Below are positions 19,327 through 29,530 of a stretch of 64,000 nt of DNA, piece after piece. The translations under genes were made by a program, and so were the position numbers. The stretch's first letter is position 1. Each line of letters begins with the position of its first letter. Location: assembly GCA_963793425.1 (NCBI GenBank), contig CAWCAG010000007.1, positions 896,001 to 960,000 of the forward strand. The letters are read 5' to 3'. Source of the stretch: an uncultured cyanobacterium. GTDB lineage: Bacteria > Cyanobacteriota > Cyanobacteriia > Cyanobacteriales > CAWCAG01. The notes beneath the pieces were generated by a model, which worked only from the letters and a program-made list of their open reading frames with translations, was not told where the DNA came from and did not search any database.

Positions 19327-21060
19327 CTAGCGATCCTCTTTTAGATAGCTAATCGCTGCTTGCGGATGACCCCAGATAATGCGTTCTTGTTTATAAATAG
19401 CCATTCCTGGTTTTGCACCTTTGGGCTTATAAACATTTTTCGGTTCAGTATAGACTACAGGGGCAGAATCACTATTCCGGGCGCGGCTATAATAAGTGGC
19501 TAAGTTGGCGGTGAATTGTAAATCAGCTTCTTCAGCAACAGCACCGGGTTCTAAGCGTAACAAAACATGACTGCCGGGTATTTCTTGAGTATGGAACCAC
19601 AAATCATAATCTCCAGCCGTACGGAAGGTTAAGATGTCATTTTGGCGGTTGTTGCGTCCGATTAAAATTTCATAACTACTAGGAGAAACATAGCGGTAGG
19701 GTTGAGAATCATCTTTACTGCTGCTGCTATATTGTTTAGAAGCAAGGTATTTTTGTTCAATGAGTTCTTCACGAATCTCCTCTAAAGTTTTCAAGTCTTG
19801 AGGATGAGTATATTTAGCTGATTGTTTGAGGGAATCTTCGATTTGTTCTAGGTAAGCAATTTCCCCTTTCACTTCCTTTAATAAAGGTTCAACTGCTTGG
19901 CGGGTACGTTTTAGTTTTTGGTGACGTTTATACAAAGCTTGGGCATTTTGTACAGCATTTTTTTCGGGATTAAACGCAATCTTCACAGGCTTTCCCGTCT
20001 CAAAGTCAGTCAATTCCATCATCTTCATTCCCGGTTGCCATTGCTGAAGATGTGCCATAACCAAATCAGCTTGGTAGCGATATCGATCTGCTTCGTCAGA
20101 TTGTCCTAATCGTTGTTGAAAAGTTTGGGCTTTTTGGCGTAACTTCTTTAAAAGATTAGTGATCTTTTGAGTTAGTTGGTGGTGCAACTGCCGGAAAACT
20201 TGTTGGTTAAGTGCGTCGGTATAATAGCGATTTAGTAAAGTTTGGACATCTTTGCTTAGTTTGATTATATTCCAACCTAAAACTGTATAACCATCTTCTG
20301 TCCAACCCGGTTCAAACTGTTCCTTTTCCAGAATAATTAACCATCGCTGCCAAAATTGAAACAGAGTTTGCCAATCTGAAACCTGTAAACTTTGATTAGA
20401 TTGTTGAGGATCTAAACCCGCAACTTGAATTATTGATTGGGCAATGCGGGGGCTTAAACCGCGATAACTCTTCATTAACTGGCTTTTAAGAGTTCCTGGC
20501 ACTAAGTTAACCCTTTCTTGCCAAGAAATTTGAGATTCTTCCAAGCTAGGAAAAGTACCTGTTAAAGCTGGGGGAAATTCGTAAGGCTGTCCCGTTTGGA
20601 TAGTACGAACACTAGATTGTTGTTGGCTAACTTGATGGGCGACAGTAACAATTGAATTTTTAGCATCGGTGAGGATAACATTACTATACTTACCAATAAT
20701 TTCTACATAAAGATGCCAAAGAGGTTCTTCCCCTGGGCGTTTCGCAAATTGCAAATCTAAAACTCTCTCCCAAGGGGCAATAACTTCGATTTTCGTTAAA
20801 GCAAATCCTCCTAATTGGTGACGTAGTTGATCACTAAAAGTAAAAGTATCAGGAGTTCGAGGGGGAGGATCACCAAGACAAACTCTCGCCCCTTGAGGAT
20901 GCCAACAAATAGTTAACCACCCCCTACCTTCTAAGGTACGCAAAGCCACAGCAATAGTATAGCGATCGCGCTGATAAACCTGTTCTAAACGGGCAGGAAG
21001 CCAATGGTGACGCAATTCCGCACAAGCAGCAATAAGAGTAGTAAAGTCAACAGGTTGCAT
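19327..21060 (-). CDS. rqcH: NFACT/RqcH (fibronectin-binding protein A-like) ribosome quality control factor
   Basis: MQPVDFTTL start, ERVLDL, EIIGKYSNVIL, IGRNNRQND, WFHTQEIPGSHV; ORF-track extension to 21165 runs through STRR repeats. Confidence 0.88.
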   Translation of the reverse strand: MQPVDFTTLIAACAELRHHWLPARLEQVYQRDRYTIAVALRTLEGRGWLTICWHPQGARVCLGDPPPRTPDTFTFSDQLRHQLGGFALTKIEVIAPWERVLDLQFAKRPGEEPLWHLYVEIIGKYSNVILTDAKNSIVTVAHQVSQQQSSVRTIQTGQPYEFPPALTGTFPSLEESQISWQERVNLVPGTLKSQLMKSYRGLSPRIAQSIIQVAGLDPQQSNQSLQVSDWQTLFQFWQRWLIILEKEQFEPGWTEDGYTVLGWNIIKLSKDVQTLLNRYYTDALNQQVFRQLHHQLTQKITNLLKKLRQKAQTFQQRLGQSDEADRYRYQADLVMAHLQQWQPGMKMMELTDFETGKPVKIAFNPEKNAVQNAQALYKRHQKLKRTRQAVEPLLKEVKGEIAYLEQIEDSLKQSAKYTHPQDLKTLEEIREELIEQKYLASKQYSSSSKDDSQPYRYVSPSSYEILIGRNNRQNDILTFRTAGDYDLWFHTQEIPGSHVLLRLEPGAVAEEADLQFTANLATYYSRARNSDSAPVVYTEPKNVYKPKGAKPGMAIYKQERIIWGHPQAAISYLKEDR

Positions 21061-21102
21061 TTTTAAACCAGATCCGGTTTGGTGGCACAGTTTATTTGTG
21101 AT

Positions 21103-21130
21103 GGCAGGGAGTAGGGAGTAGGGAGCAGGC
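21103..21130. repeat. Short tandemly repeated heptamers (STRR, AGGGAGT-type)
   Basis: GCAGGGAGTAGGGAGTAGGGAGCAGG; related heptamer runs near 19140, 22130, 25127 and 60943. Confidence 0.7.
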
Positions 21131-21287
21131 AACAGGGTTTGACAACTTTTTTTCAATTGCTTCAATGCCCAAAAACAGCAAAAAAAACTAGAATTAGTAG
21201 TTGTTTTGGCAGTAAAGGGGATTTATCTCCTTAGAATGGGAGATAGATCGATTTAATTCTCTCTAAACGGCTTAGTCCTTGTTCCCT

Positions 21288-21554
21288 ATGGATATTCAAC
21301 TAATCAACATCGGCTTTGGTAACATAGTCTCGGCTAATAGGGTGGTGGCCATAGTCAGCCCTGAATCTGCCCCAATTAAGCGTATCATTACAGATGCACG
21401 GGAGCGCGGACAACTGATTGATGCTACCTATGGTCGTCGTACTCGTGCTGTAATTATGACAGACTCTAGTCATGTTATCCTTTCGGCTATACAGCCGGAA
21501 ACAGTGGCTAACCGCTTTGTACATCACAAAGACTCAGACAATAGCAACAATTAA
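21288..21554 (+). CDS. remA: DUF370 / RemA family protein
   Basis: [42 protein letters not shown]; upstream of gmk. Confidence 0.93.
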   Translation: MDIQLINIGFGNIVSANRVVAIVSPESAPIKRIITDARERGQLIDATYGRRTRAVIMTDSSHVILSAIQPETVANRFVHHKDSDNSNN

Positions 21555-21571
21555 TTCAAATAAAAAAGATC

Positions 21572-22129
21572 GTGGAACCAGGCAAATTAATACTGTTAAC
21601 AGGCCCTAGCGGTGTAGGAAAAGGAACTTTAGTGCGATCGCTGAGGTTAAGTTTCCCCGAACTTTATCTTTCTGTTTCTACTACTACTCGTTCTCCTCGT
21701 TCAGGGGAAGTTGAGGGACAGCACTATTATTTTGTCACTAAAGAGCAATTTCAGTCCATGATTAAGGGAGGGGAGCTATTAGAATGGGCAGAATATGCCG
21801 GAAATTTCTATGGAACCCCTCGTTCTTCAGTAGAGAAACAACTCAAGGTTGGGAATTCCGTAATTTTAGAAATTGAGTTAATCGGGGCCAGGAAAATTAA
21901 AGAAATTTTTCCTCAAGCTCTGCGTATTTTCATTTTACCCCCTTCGGTTGAAGAATTAGAGGCTCGTTTAAGAGGTCGAGGTAAAGATTCTGAAGAGGTA
22001 ATAAATAAGCGCTTGCAAAGGGCAGTTGAAGAAATTGCCGCCGCAGATGAGTTTGCTTATCAAGTTGTTAATGATGATTTTCAAGCAGCTTTAGCAGATA
22101 TCGAACAGATTGTTTTTGCTCATTTCTAA
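21572..22129 (+). CDS. gmk: Guanylate kinase
   Basis: GPSGVGKGT P-loop, SVSTTTRSPR.GEVEG..YYF, EWAEYAGNFYGT. Confidence 0.97.
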   Translation: MEPGKLILLTGPSGVGKGTLVRSLRLSFPELYLSVSTTTRSPRSGEVEGQHYYFVTKEQFQSMIKGGELLEWAEYAGNFYGTPRSSVEKQLKVGNSVILEIELIGARKIKEIFPQALRIFILPPSVEELEARLRGRGKDSEEVINKRLQRAVEEIAAADEFAYQVVNDDFQAALADIEQIVFAHF

Positions 22130-22215
22130 TTGCTAGTTGCTAGTTGCTAATAGCTAATTGCTAATAGTTTCCTCACGGGGGCAGCGAAGCGATCGCACAA
22201 GGAAAGTTATACGAC

Positions 22216-22803
22216 ATGACTGGCACTTACAAGGAGTATAGTTACCTCATAAATTTGCTAGCCGAAAGCAATATCGAGTTATTAGAAGAGGTAGAGAAAG
22301 TTATCGATAGCTTTCCAAAAGGTGTTGATGATTTTATTCATAGGCAGTGGATAACCAATGCTATAGATTGTGGATCTCTTGAATCGGTGAAATGGGTTCT
22401 TTCTAAGGATGTAGATTTGTCCTTCCGTGATGACGAGGGCTACACACCAATTTTAAGCGCCATAGAGCGTGAGCTGCCTGACAAATATGAAATCATACAG
22501 CTCCTAATTGACTGTGGCGCACCAATTAATAAGAAAGGAATAAATGATTGGACTCCCCTACATATGGCAGCAGCTAGAGAGGATATTGAGGCATTAAGAA
22601 TACTAGTTAAAAATGCGGCAGCTCTAACAATAAGGACTGAAATAGACGATTACGCAACGCCATTAGAGGAAGCAATAATTCTAAAAAAACAAAAATCCGC
22701 AGAGTACTTGCAAAGTATGGATACCATTCTGTTTCATGCTCGTTTAGTTGAGCATCAAATTATTATTGAGGAAGACAACTTTGAGGAAAGCGCAATTACC
22801 TAA
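22216..22803 (+). CDS. Ankyrin-repeat protein with an XisI-like C-terminal tail
   Basis: DDEGYTPILSA, NDWTPLHMAA ankyrin motifs; tail ILFHARLVEHQIIIEEDNFEE. Confidence 0.75.
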   Translation: MTGTYKEYSYLINLLAESNIELLEEVEKVIDSFPKGVDDFIHRQWITNAIDCGSLESVKWVLSKDVDLSFRDDEGYTPILSAIERELPDKYEIIQLLIDCGAPINKKGINDWTPLHMAAAREDIEALRILVKNAAALTIRTEIDDYATPLEEAIILKKQKSAEYLQSMDTILFHARLVEHQIIIEEDNFEESAIT

Positions 22804-22808
22804 GTTAC

Positions 22809-23423
22809 CTATTTTTTAGTTGCAACTCCTTTGTATGTATAACCAGCACATTCAGGAGAATTTTTTTCAAGAAATTCTTCTACTTGAACTTTATCAAAAT
22901 GCTTTTCTACTGATAGCTTGATATTGCGGTTGAGATTGCAGCCATCGGCAATGATTTTTTGCAAGGGATTGAGCCGATTTTGCCAGACTTGAACTTCTTC
23001 TTTATTGCTCAATCCGTGTTCAATAAAGAAGAAGTTTCCTCCTGGTTTCAGGACACGATAAATCTCTTTTAAAGCTTTGTCTATATTAACAATACTGCAT
23101 AACGTCCAAGTACTTACAACACTATCAAAACTATTGTTTTCCATCGGTAAAGATTCACCATTCAGGACACGATGTTCCACTTTTAAAGAAGAAGCTTGGA
23201 TACGTTTTTGGGCTAGCTTATTCATGCCGGAATTAGCATCAATAGTAGTAATCTTCTCTATGTTGTCGGGATAATAAGGAAGATTCAAACCAGTTCCAAA
23301 GCCAATTTCTAAAACTTTCCCTCGCACATCAGCTAAAAGTTCTTGGCGATATGTAGCTAATTCTTGGTCAGACATAACTACATCCAACAAACGAGGAAAA
23401 ACTACTTTTGAATAAAACCCCAT
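22809..23423 (-). CDS. Class I SAM-dependent methyltransferase
   Basis: VLEIGFGTGLN motif I, FDSVVSTWTLCS, LKPGG. Confidence 0.9.
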   Translation of the reverse strand: MGFYSKVVFPRLLDVVMSDQELATYRQELLADVRGKVLEIGFGTGLNLPYYPDNIEKITTIDANSGMNKLAQKRIQASSLKVEHRVLNGESLPMENNSFDSVVSTWTLCSIVNIDKALKEIYRVLKPGGNFFFIEHGLSNKEEVQVWQNRLNPLQKIIADGCNLNRNIKLSVEKHFDKVQVEEFLEKNSPECAGYTYKGVATKK

Positions 23424-23450
23424 AGTTAATTATCTATCACTTATTATTTA

Positions 23451-23909
23451 TTACTTACCCAACTTTCCCCTAACCAAATCCTGAACCTTCTTACCATCAG
23501 CTTTCCCTTTAACCTGGGGCATAATCTTACCCATCACTTTGCCCATATCTTTCATCGAAGTAGCTTTAATCTCAGCGATCGCACTATCAATAATCTCGCT
23601 TAATTCGCCCTCAGAAAGTTGCTGAGGTAAATAAGTTTCAATAATTGCCAATTCTTGTGCTTCCAAATCGGCAAGATCCTGTCTTCCTGCTTGAGTATAC
23701 TGTTCAATGGAATCCCGACGTTGTTTCGCTTGTTGGGCTAAAAGTTCTAATTCTTGGGTTTCGTTGAGGCTATCTTGCCCTTGGGGACGCAAGCTAACTT
23801 CTTTGTCTAACAAGGCTTTTTTAATGCTACGTACCGTTTGCAAGCGAATTTTATTCTTCGCCTTCATAGCCGTTTTAATATCTTCACCAATACGATCTTT
23901 CAAACTCAT
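23451..23909 (-). CDS. GatB/YqeY domain protein
   Basis: LKDRI.EDIKTAMKAK, KQRRDSIEQY, YLPQQL, DMGKVMG, GKADG. Confidence 0.93.
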   Translation of the reverse strand: MSLKDRIGEDIKTAMKAKNKIRLQTVRSIKKALLDKEVSLRPQGQDSLNETQELELLAQQAKQRRDSIEQYTQAGRQDLADLEAQELAIIETYLPQQLSEGELSEIIDSAIAEIKATSMKDMGKVMGKIMPQVKGKADGKKVQDLVRGKLGK

Positions 23910-24069
23910 AAATTTTCAAAAATCCCCATGATTCTTCACTCCTCTAAATCCTAGCTTATATCACCGGACTGTAACTCATTGAAAAACTTTCGGTAGAGCA
24001 AGGCAGTGGGCAACAGGAGTAATAACTAGTAACTGATATTATTGATAAATGTTCAATGATAAATGATAA

Positions 24070-25002
24070 ATGAAAATGCGTATTCTCATCATGGGTGGAA
24101 CCCGGTTTATCGGAGTCTACTTAACAAAAATTTTAGTAGAACAAGGTCACGAGGTGGTTTTATTTAACCGGGGGAATAAACTTGCACCCATTGAGGGAAT
24201 ACAACAAATCCATGGCGATCGCAAAGATCCTCAACAGTTAAAAGATAAGTTAGCTGGGGAAAATTTTGAGGCTATTTTTGATAATAATGGTCGTGAATTG
24301 AGTGATACCCAACCTTTAGTTGATTTATTCAAAGACAAAGTTGAACATTTTGTTTATGTAAGTTCAGCAGGCGTTTATCAAAAATCTGACCAAATGCCCC
24401 ATATAGAAGGGGATGCTGTTGATCCTAACAGTCGCCATAAAGGGAAACATCACACCGAAGCTTATTTAAAAGAAGCCGCCATACCTTGGACTTCTATTCG
24501 CCCAGTTTATATTTACGGACCACAAAATTATAATCCCGTAGAAAGTTGGTTTTTCCATCGTCTTGTCCGCGATCGCCCCATACCCATTCCCGGCAACGGT
24601 ATGCACATTACCCAATTAGGCCATGTTGCCGATTTAGCTAAAGCGATGGCTTCTGTGTTAGGAAATGAAAAAGGTATTGGGCAAATTTATAATATCTCCG
24701 GCGATCGCTATGTTACTTTTGATGGTTTAGCCAAAAGTTGTGCTGAAGCGGCAGGTAAATCCCCTCAAGATGTTAAATTAGTCCATTACAACCCCAAAGA
24801 CTTTGACTTTGGTAAGCGTAAAGCTTTCCCCCTGCGGTTGCAGCATTTTTTCGCTGCGATTGACAAAGGGAAAACGGAGTTAGCTTGGCAACCAGAATTT
24901 GATTTAGTTTCTGGGTTAAAAGATTCCTTCGTTAATGATTTTCAAGCAAATAATCAAGGCAAAGCAGAAGTGGATTTTTCCACTGATGATGAGATATTGT
25001 AA
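24070..25002 (+). CDS. NAD-dependent epimerase/dehydratase family, CSP41-like RNA-binding protein
   Basis: MGGTRFIG, FDNNGRE, SSAGVY, RPVYIYGP, KRKAFP.R.QHFFA. Confidence 0.85.
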   Translation: MKMRILIMGGTRFIGVYLTKILVEQGHEVVLFNRGNKLAPIEGIQQIHGDRKDPQQLKDKLAGENFEAIFDNNGRELSDTQPLVDLFKDKVEHFVYVSSAGVYQKSDQMPHIEGDAVDPNSRHKGKHHTEAYLKEAAIPWTSIRPVYIYGPQNYNPVESWFFHRLVRDRPIPIPGNGMHITQLGHVADLAKAMASVLGNEKGIGQIYNISGDRYVTFDGLAKSCAEAAGKSPQDVKLVHYNPKDFDFGKRKAFPLRLQHFFAAIDKGKTELAWQPEFDLVSGLKDSFVNDFQANNQGKAEVDFSTDDEIL

Positions 25003-25187
25003 CCAAAAATTCAGTGTATACAACTCAACACCGATTTGCTATGATGCTTCGCACCAGCAACTAAGCTAAGACGCATTTAAACTGGGATTTTTGGCTTTAA
25101 CTAAATTTCTTCCCAATGTCTTTACTGCTCCCTACTCTCTACTCCCTACTCCCCTACCCTAGCAAAACAATCTAAATACCTGACAGC

Positions 25188-26264
25188 TTAATAGAGATAA
25201 CCCTCAAGCAAAAAATCTGGCTCTATCTGAGTCAAACTGATTTTTTTGAGCAATAAAGCTTCTCCCATCTCCGTAAAACCAAGAGAAGCTACAGGAGAAG
25301 GTGCATCCTTACCACCAATAATTTTAGGAGCAATAAAAGCCATCACCTTTTGAACAGCGCCATCTGCGATCGCCTTTGCGGCCAAAACGCCACCACATTC
25401 CCAAATCACACTGCACATTCCTCGCCTATATAAGTTTTCCATAACTAGCCCCGGAGTTAAAGTAGCAAACTTAACTACTTCTACTCCTTGTGTTTCTAAT
25501 AATTCCTCCGTCTCCAAAACCGCCCCTTCTTCTGTAAATACCAAAGTTGCTGCCTCTGCTTGATTCCACAAATGAGCTGATTTTGGTAAATTTAAACGGC
25601 GACTCATCACCACTCGTACAGGGTTATGTTCACTAAGTCCATGGGTGGTTAAATGGGGATTATCGCGACGTACCGTATTCCCCCCAACAATAACCGCATC
25701 ACAAGCACCCCTTAATTGGTGTACTCGCTGGCGGGCAGCTTTGCTAGTTACCCAACTACTATGACCTGTATTGGTAGCAATTTTTCCATCTAAGGTCATA
25801 GCATATTTCAAAATCCCAAAGGGACGTTGGTGCAAAATACGATGAATAAAAGCTTCGTTAATCTGGCGACAAGCTTCCTCTTCCACCCCAATAATCACTT
25901 CGATACCAGCATTTCTTAGGGTTTTAATTCCTTCTCCAGAAACGCGGGGATCAGGGTCAATAATGCCTACTACTACCTTAGCTACTCCCGCTTTGATTAA
26001 TGCTTGAGAACAAGGAGGAGTACGACCATAATGATTGCAAGGTTCAAGGTTAACATACACTGTAGCTCCCTGTGTCTGTTCTCCTGCTTCTCCCAAAGCA
26101 AAAACCTCTGCATGGGGTTGACCAGCACCAGGATGAAAACCAGTTCCTACCACCTTACCATTCTTGACCACAACCGCACCAACTAAAGGATTAGGAGAGG
26201 TCTTTCCTGAAGCACACAGAGCAAGCTTAAGGCACTTGTGCATCATCACTTGGTCATCGGTCAT
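25188..26264 (-). CDS. ribD: Riboflavin biosynthesis deaminase/reductase RibD
   Basis: TSPNPLVGAV, HAEV, LEPCNHYGRTPPC, KYAMTLDGKIA, ECGG. Confidence 0.96.
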   Translation of the reverse strand: MTDDQVMMHKCLKLALCASGKTSPNPLVGAVVVKNGKVVGTGFHPGAGQPHAEVFALGEAGEQTQGATVYVNLEPCNHYGRTPPCSQALIKAGVAKVVVGIIDPDPRVSGEGIKTLRNAGIEVIIGVEEEACRQINEAFIHRILHQRPFGILKYAMTLDGKIATNTGHSSWVTSKAARQRVHQLRGACDAVIVGGNTVRRDNPHLTTHGLSEHNPVRVVMSRRLNLPKSAHLWNQAEAATLVFTEEGAVLETEELLETQGVEVVKFATLTPGLVMENLYRRGMCSVIWECGGVLAAKAIADGAVQKVMAFIAPKIIGGKDAPSPVASLGFTEMGEALLLKKISLTQIEPDFLLEGYLY

Positions 26265-26415
26265 TTATAGCAAATCCTGTTGAGTCGTATGACTTGTCTG
26301 TTAGGGTAGGGAGCAGGGTTTGAAAACTTTATTCGGTCGATTTTATAAAAGTACTTTATGAACCGGATTTGGTATGATACCTAACGGCAACGGCAAGCCG
26401 TACATTGATTATTGA

Positions 26416-26958
26416 TCATTGTTCAAACGCTTCTATTTGCTGCCACCAGCGATTAAGAGGCCAGTAAACAATTGGACCCCAAAGACTGCTGAGAGTTGCT
26501 GATAGTAGCACAAATCTTTGGTGGGTTACCCAGATTTTCTCTAGGCTGACAAAGCCATACAAACTATATTGAATAGCGGTTATGGTTTCTGCGATTCCAC
26601 CCATAGCAAAAACGATTAAAGCAATGGAAATAAAATCTTCTTGTATGTACCTTTGTTTTTGTAAGCGAGCAGTAAGGAAACCGACTAAAGTAAGAGAAAT
26701 AACATGGGAAGGATAGGAAGAAGTTAAACCGTCTTGAATTGCTCCTAAAGCAAGACCAGCGATGGCCCCTTGAAAAGGAGTACGTTTAACGCTCCAAGCT
26801 ACTACCCAAATTAGCAGCCATTGCGGACCAATGTTTTGTAGTTGCATCCCTGGTAAGCGAGTTAAGGAAAACATCGCACAGAGAAGCACTGAACCGACAA
26901 TTACTAACCAGTTAAGGGTAGAACGGAAACGGGGTGATAATTCAGAAACCTTAATCAC
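26416..26958 (-). CDS. mreD: Rod shape-determining protein MreD
   Basis: Hydrophobic 180 aa protein, third gene of mreBCD. Confidence 0.9.
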   Translation of the reverse strand: MIKVSELSPRFRSTLNWLVIVGSVLLCAMFSLTRLPGMQLQNIGPQWLLIWVVAWSVKRTPFQGAIAGLALGAIQDGLTSSYPSHVISLTLVGFLTARLQKQRYIQEDFISIALIVFAMGGIAETITAIQYSLYGFVSLEKIWVTHQRFVLLSATLSSLWGPIVYWPLNRWWQQIEAFEQ

Positions 26959-27009
26959 GACAGGAGGTTCTTTGGTGGAGTTTATTTTACTGTTATTGGC
27001 AACAAAAAC

Positions 27010-27756
27010 CTAAGATTTGGGTTGAAAAGGGTGAATGACCAACCACTCTAACTGACCCATCGGTGCTGATAGCTTGACTGTCGCTTGGGGAGCAGGACCA
27101 CTTTCTGTATCAATAGATTCTATAGTGCCAATGGGTATGCCTGCTGGCAAAACGCGGCTAACGGGAGAAGTGGTTACCACATCACCTTTACGAATGTCTG
27201 GTACTTTTTCAAAAAAGTGCATTAAAGCTCTATCTGTACCAGAGCCTTTCATTGCCCCCATGTCACGGGTACGGCTAACGGTTACACCAATTTTACTGGT
27301 AGGATCACTAATGAGTAATACTCTGCTGGTATGGGGAGTAACAGTGGTAACTCTACCGACAAGTCCACCAATACCAACCACTACATAGCCAACTTTTACG
27401 CCATCCTTACTGCCCCTAGCTAAGGTGACTTGATGCCACCAATGATCGGCACTACGCCCGACAACAGGAGCAACAATACTTTCTCCGTCTTGTTTTTCAA
27501 CGTAACCTAGTAGTTGTTTGAATTTTTCGTTTTGGACTTCTAACTCAGCTACTTCTTGATTGAGCTGCTGAATTTTAGCGCTAGTAAGTTGCTCTTCTTG
27601 AGTGGGGCCATTCCGAAAAGGTCGGACAGCAGAACTATAAAATTCTGTAATTAGCCCTCCTTGGGTTTGACGAATTACCCAAGCTGTGCTAATCACTAGC
27701 CCAGTTAAGAGAGTTCGAGTACCGTATTTGCGCCAGATACGACGCGAGGAAAACAT
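27010..27756 (-). CDS. mreC: Rod shape-determining protein MreC
   Basis: TM helix plus coiled coil, GLVGRV, SRVLLISD, GDVVTTS...PAGIPIG. Confidence 0.93.
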   Translation of the reverse strand: MFSSRRIWRKYGTRTLLTGLVISTAWVIRQTQGGLITEFYSSAVRPFRNGPTQEEQLTSAKIQQLNQEVAELEVQNEKFKQLLGYVEKQDGESIVAPVVGRSADHWWHQVTLARGSKDGVKVGYVVVGIGGLVGRVTTVTPHTSRVLLISDPTSKIGVTVSRTRDMGAMKGSGTDRALMHFFEKVPDIRKGDVVTTSPVSRVLPAGIPIGTIESIDTESGPAPQATVKLSAPMGQLEWLVIHPFQPKS

Positions 27757-27844
27757 AGGTTTATATTTTGGTTGATTATGGTTTGCTATTTATTACTAGT
27801 CAATAGTTAATCAGCTTAACCATTGACTAGTTCCCCATGCAGAG

Positions 27845-28885
27845 CTACATACCACGGGAACGCCCACTAAAGACTCGTTCTAGTTGCTTGAAGTTTTCCA
27901 GAACTCGACCTGTTCCTAAAACTACACAGCTAAGGGGATCTGCGGCTACGTGAGTGACAATGCCTGTTTCGTGGCTGATCAGGGTATCTAGCCCCCTTAA
28001 TAATGCCCCGCCTCCAGCTAACATGATGCCTCTGTCAATAATATCTGCTGCTAATTCCGGAGGTGTACGCTCTAGAGTACGCTTGACGGCATCAACAATT
28101 ACAGAAAGAGGTTCTGACATACTTTCACGAATTTCTGCCCCTTTGATGGTGACAGTACGAGGTAAGCCAGAAAGTAGATGTAGTCCTCTAACTTCCATGG
28201 TTGGTTCATCATCTGCGGTAGGATAAGCCGAACCTACCTTGATCTTGATTTCTTCTGAAGTGCGTTCTCCAATGACTAAGTTATGCACTTTTTTCATGTA
28301 TTGGGTAATGGAGTCACTTAACTCATCCCCGGCAACTCTTACTGATTCGCTTAATACTGTTCCTTGTAGACTTAATACAGCTACTTCAGTTGTACCACCA
28401 CCGATGTCAATAATCATGTTACCAGTTGGTTCAGCTACCGGAAGCCCAGCACCAATAGCTGCGGCTACAGGTTCGTCTATTAAATAAACTGTACTAGCTC
28501 CGGCTTGCTCTGCTGCGTCCATAACAGCTCGACGTTCCACTCCGGTTACGCCGCTGGGAATGCCAATAACGATACGGGGAGAAACTAAAGCTCTACCTCC
28601 GTGTACTTGACGAATAAAGTGCTTGAGCATTAGCTCAGCAGTATCAAAATCCGCAATAACACCATCTCGCAAAGGTCGAACCGCAATTACGTTTCCGGGA
28701 GTTCTACCCAGCATTTTCTTGGCATCTTCCCCTACAGCTAATGGTATTTTTTCGTCTTGGTCTATGGCCACAACAGAGGGTTCTTGGAGAACTATACCTT
28801 TGCCAGAAACATAAACTAACGTATTAGCTGTACCAAGGTCGATACCCATGTCCCTAGACAGGGAAAAGCGACTAAAAAAACCCAC
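27845..28885 (-). CDS. mreB: Actin-like protein MreB
   Basis: GIDLGTANT, EPSVVA, DIGGGTTEVA, LAGGGALLRGL. Confidence 0.98.
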   Translation of the reverse strand: MGFFSRFSLSRDMGIDLGTANTLVYVSGKGIVLQEPSVVAIDQDEKIPLAVGEDAKKMLGRTPGNVIAVRPLRDGVIADFDTAELMLKHFIRQVHGGRALVSPRIVIGIPSGVTGVERRAVMDAAEQAGASTVYLIDEPVAAAIGAGLPVAEPTGNMIIDIGGGTTEVAVLSLQGTVLSESVRVAGDELSDSITQYMKKVHNLVIGERTSEEIKIKVGSAYPTADDEPTMEVRGLHLLSGLPRTVTIKGAEIRESMSEPLSVIVDAVKRTLERTPPELAADIIDRGIMLAGGGALLRGLDTLISHETGIVTHVAADPLSCVVLGTGRVLENFKQLERVFSGRSRGM

Positions 28886-29161
28886 TAGCTTCTACGCCTC
28901 CAAAATCAAATCTGTTGTGTGTAACTGAAAATGTAACCAAACTGCAATCGAGGAGGATTCTATTATGTTTTCTTTCCTGCGTCTAGTGCAATATGACATT
29001 TTATGGTTAAAAATTTCTGATAACACGTTGTCTAAAGAACAGTTCAAGGCTTTGTAAGTAGCTTCCGGAGAAAGCTAGACTTGAAGTAAGAATTTCCTAA
29101 AATTGTTTTTTTAGGAGTTAATATATTAGAGTACTTGTGTACTATATTTTAAGGTAATCTC

Positions 29162-29530
29162 ATGAATATTAATGTTGTCAATTTAGTGGGACACGCTGGT
29201 ACAGATCCAGATGTCAAGTATTTTGAGTCTGGAAGTGTGGTTTGTAATTTAACTTTGGCTGTCCGACGCAGAAGCAAAAATGATGACAAACCAGATTGGT
29301 TTAATCTGGAAATTTGGGGACGAACCGCAGAAATAGCAGGTAATTACGTTCGCAAAGGCAGTTTAATTGGTATTCAAGGTAACTTGAAAATCGAAACCTG
29401 GAGCGATCGCAGTACCGGTGCTTCTCGTTCTAAACCTGTGATCAAGGTAGAACGCCTAGATTTGTTAGGATCTAAGCGGGATAATGACCCCGGTATGGTA
29501 GATAACTATGGGGGAAATTCCGAGTTTTAG
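29162..29530 (+). CDS. ssb: Single-stranded DNA-binding protein
   Basis: NVVNLVG..G.DP, PDWFNLEIWG, YVRKGSLI; acidic tail ending in F. Confidence 0.95.
   Translation: MNINVVNLVGHAGTDPDVKYFESGSVVCNLTLAVRRRSKNDDKPDWFNLEIWGRTAEIAGNYVRKGSLIGIQGNLKIETWSDRSTGASRSKPVIKVERLDLLGSKRDNDPGMVDNYGGNSEF

Noticed and set aside
21061..21165. ORF-track N-terminal extension of rqcH
   Set aside because: Runs through STRR heptamer repeats; the conserved start is MQPVDF at 21060
27074..28814. Several plus-strand ORFs antisense to mreC/mreB (similar ones oppose dnaN, aspS and the pentapeptide gene)
   Set aside because: Antisense shadows of well-conserved genes
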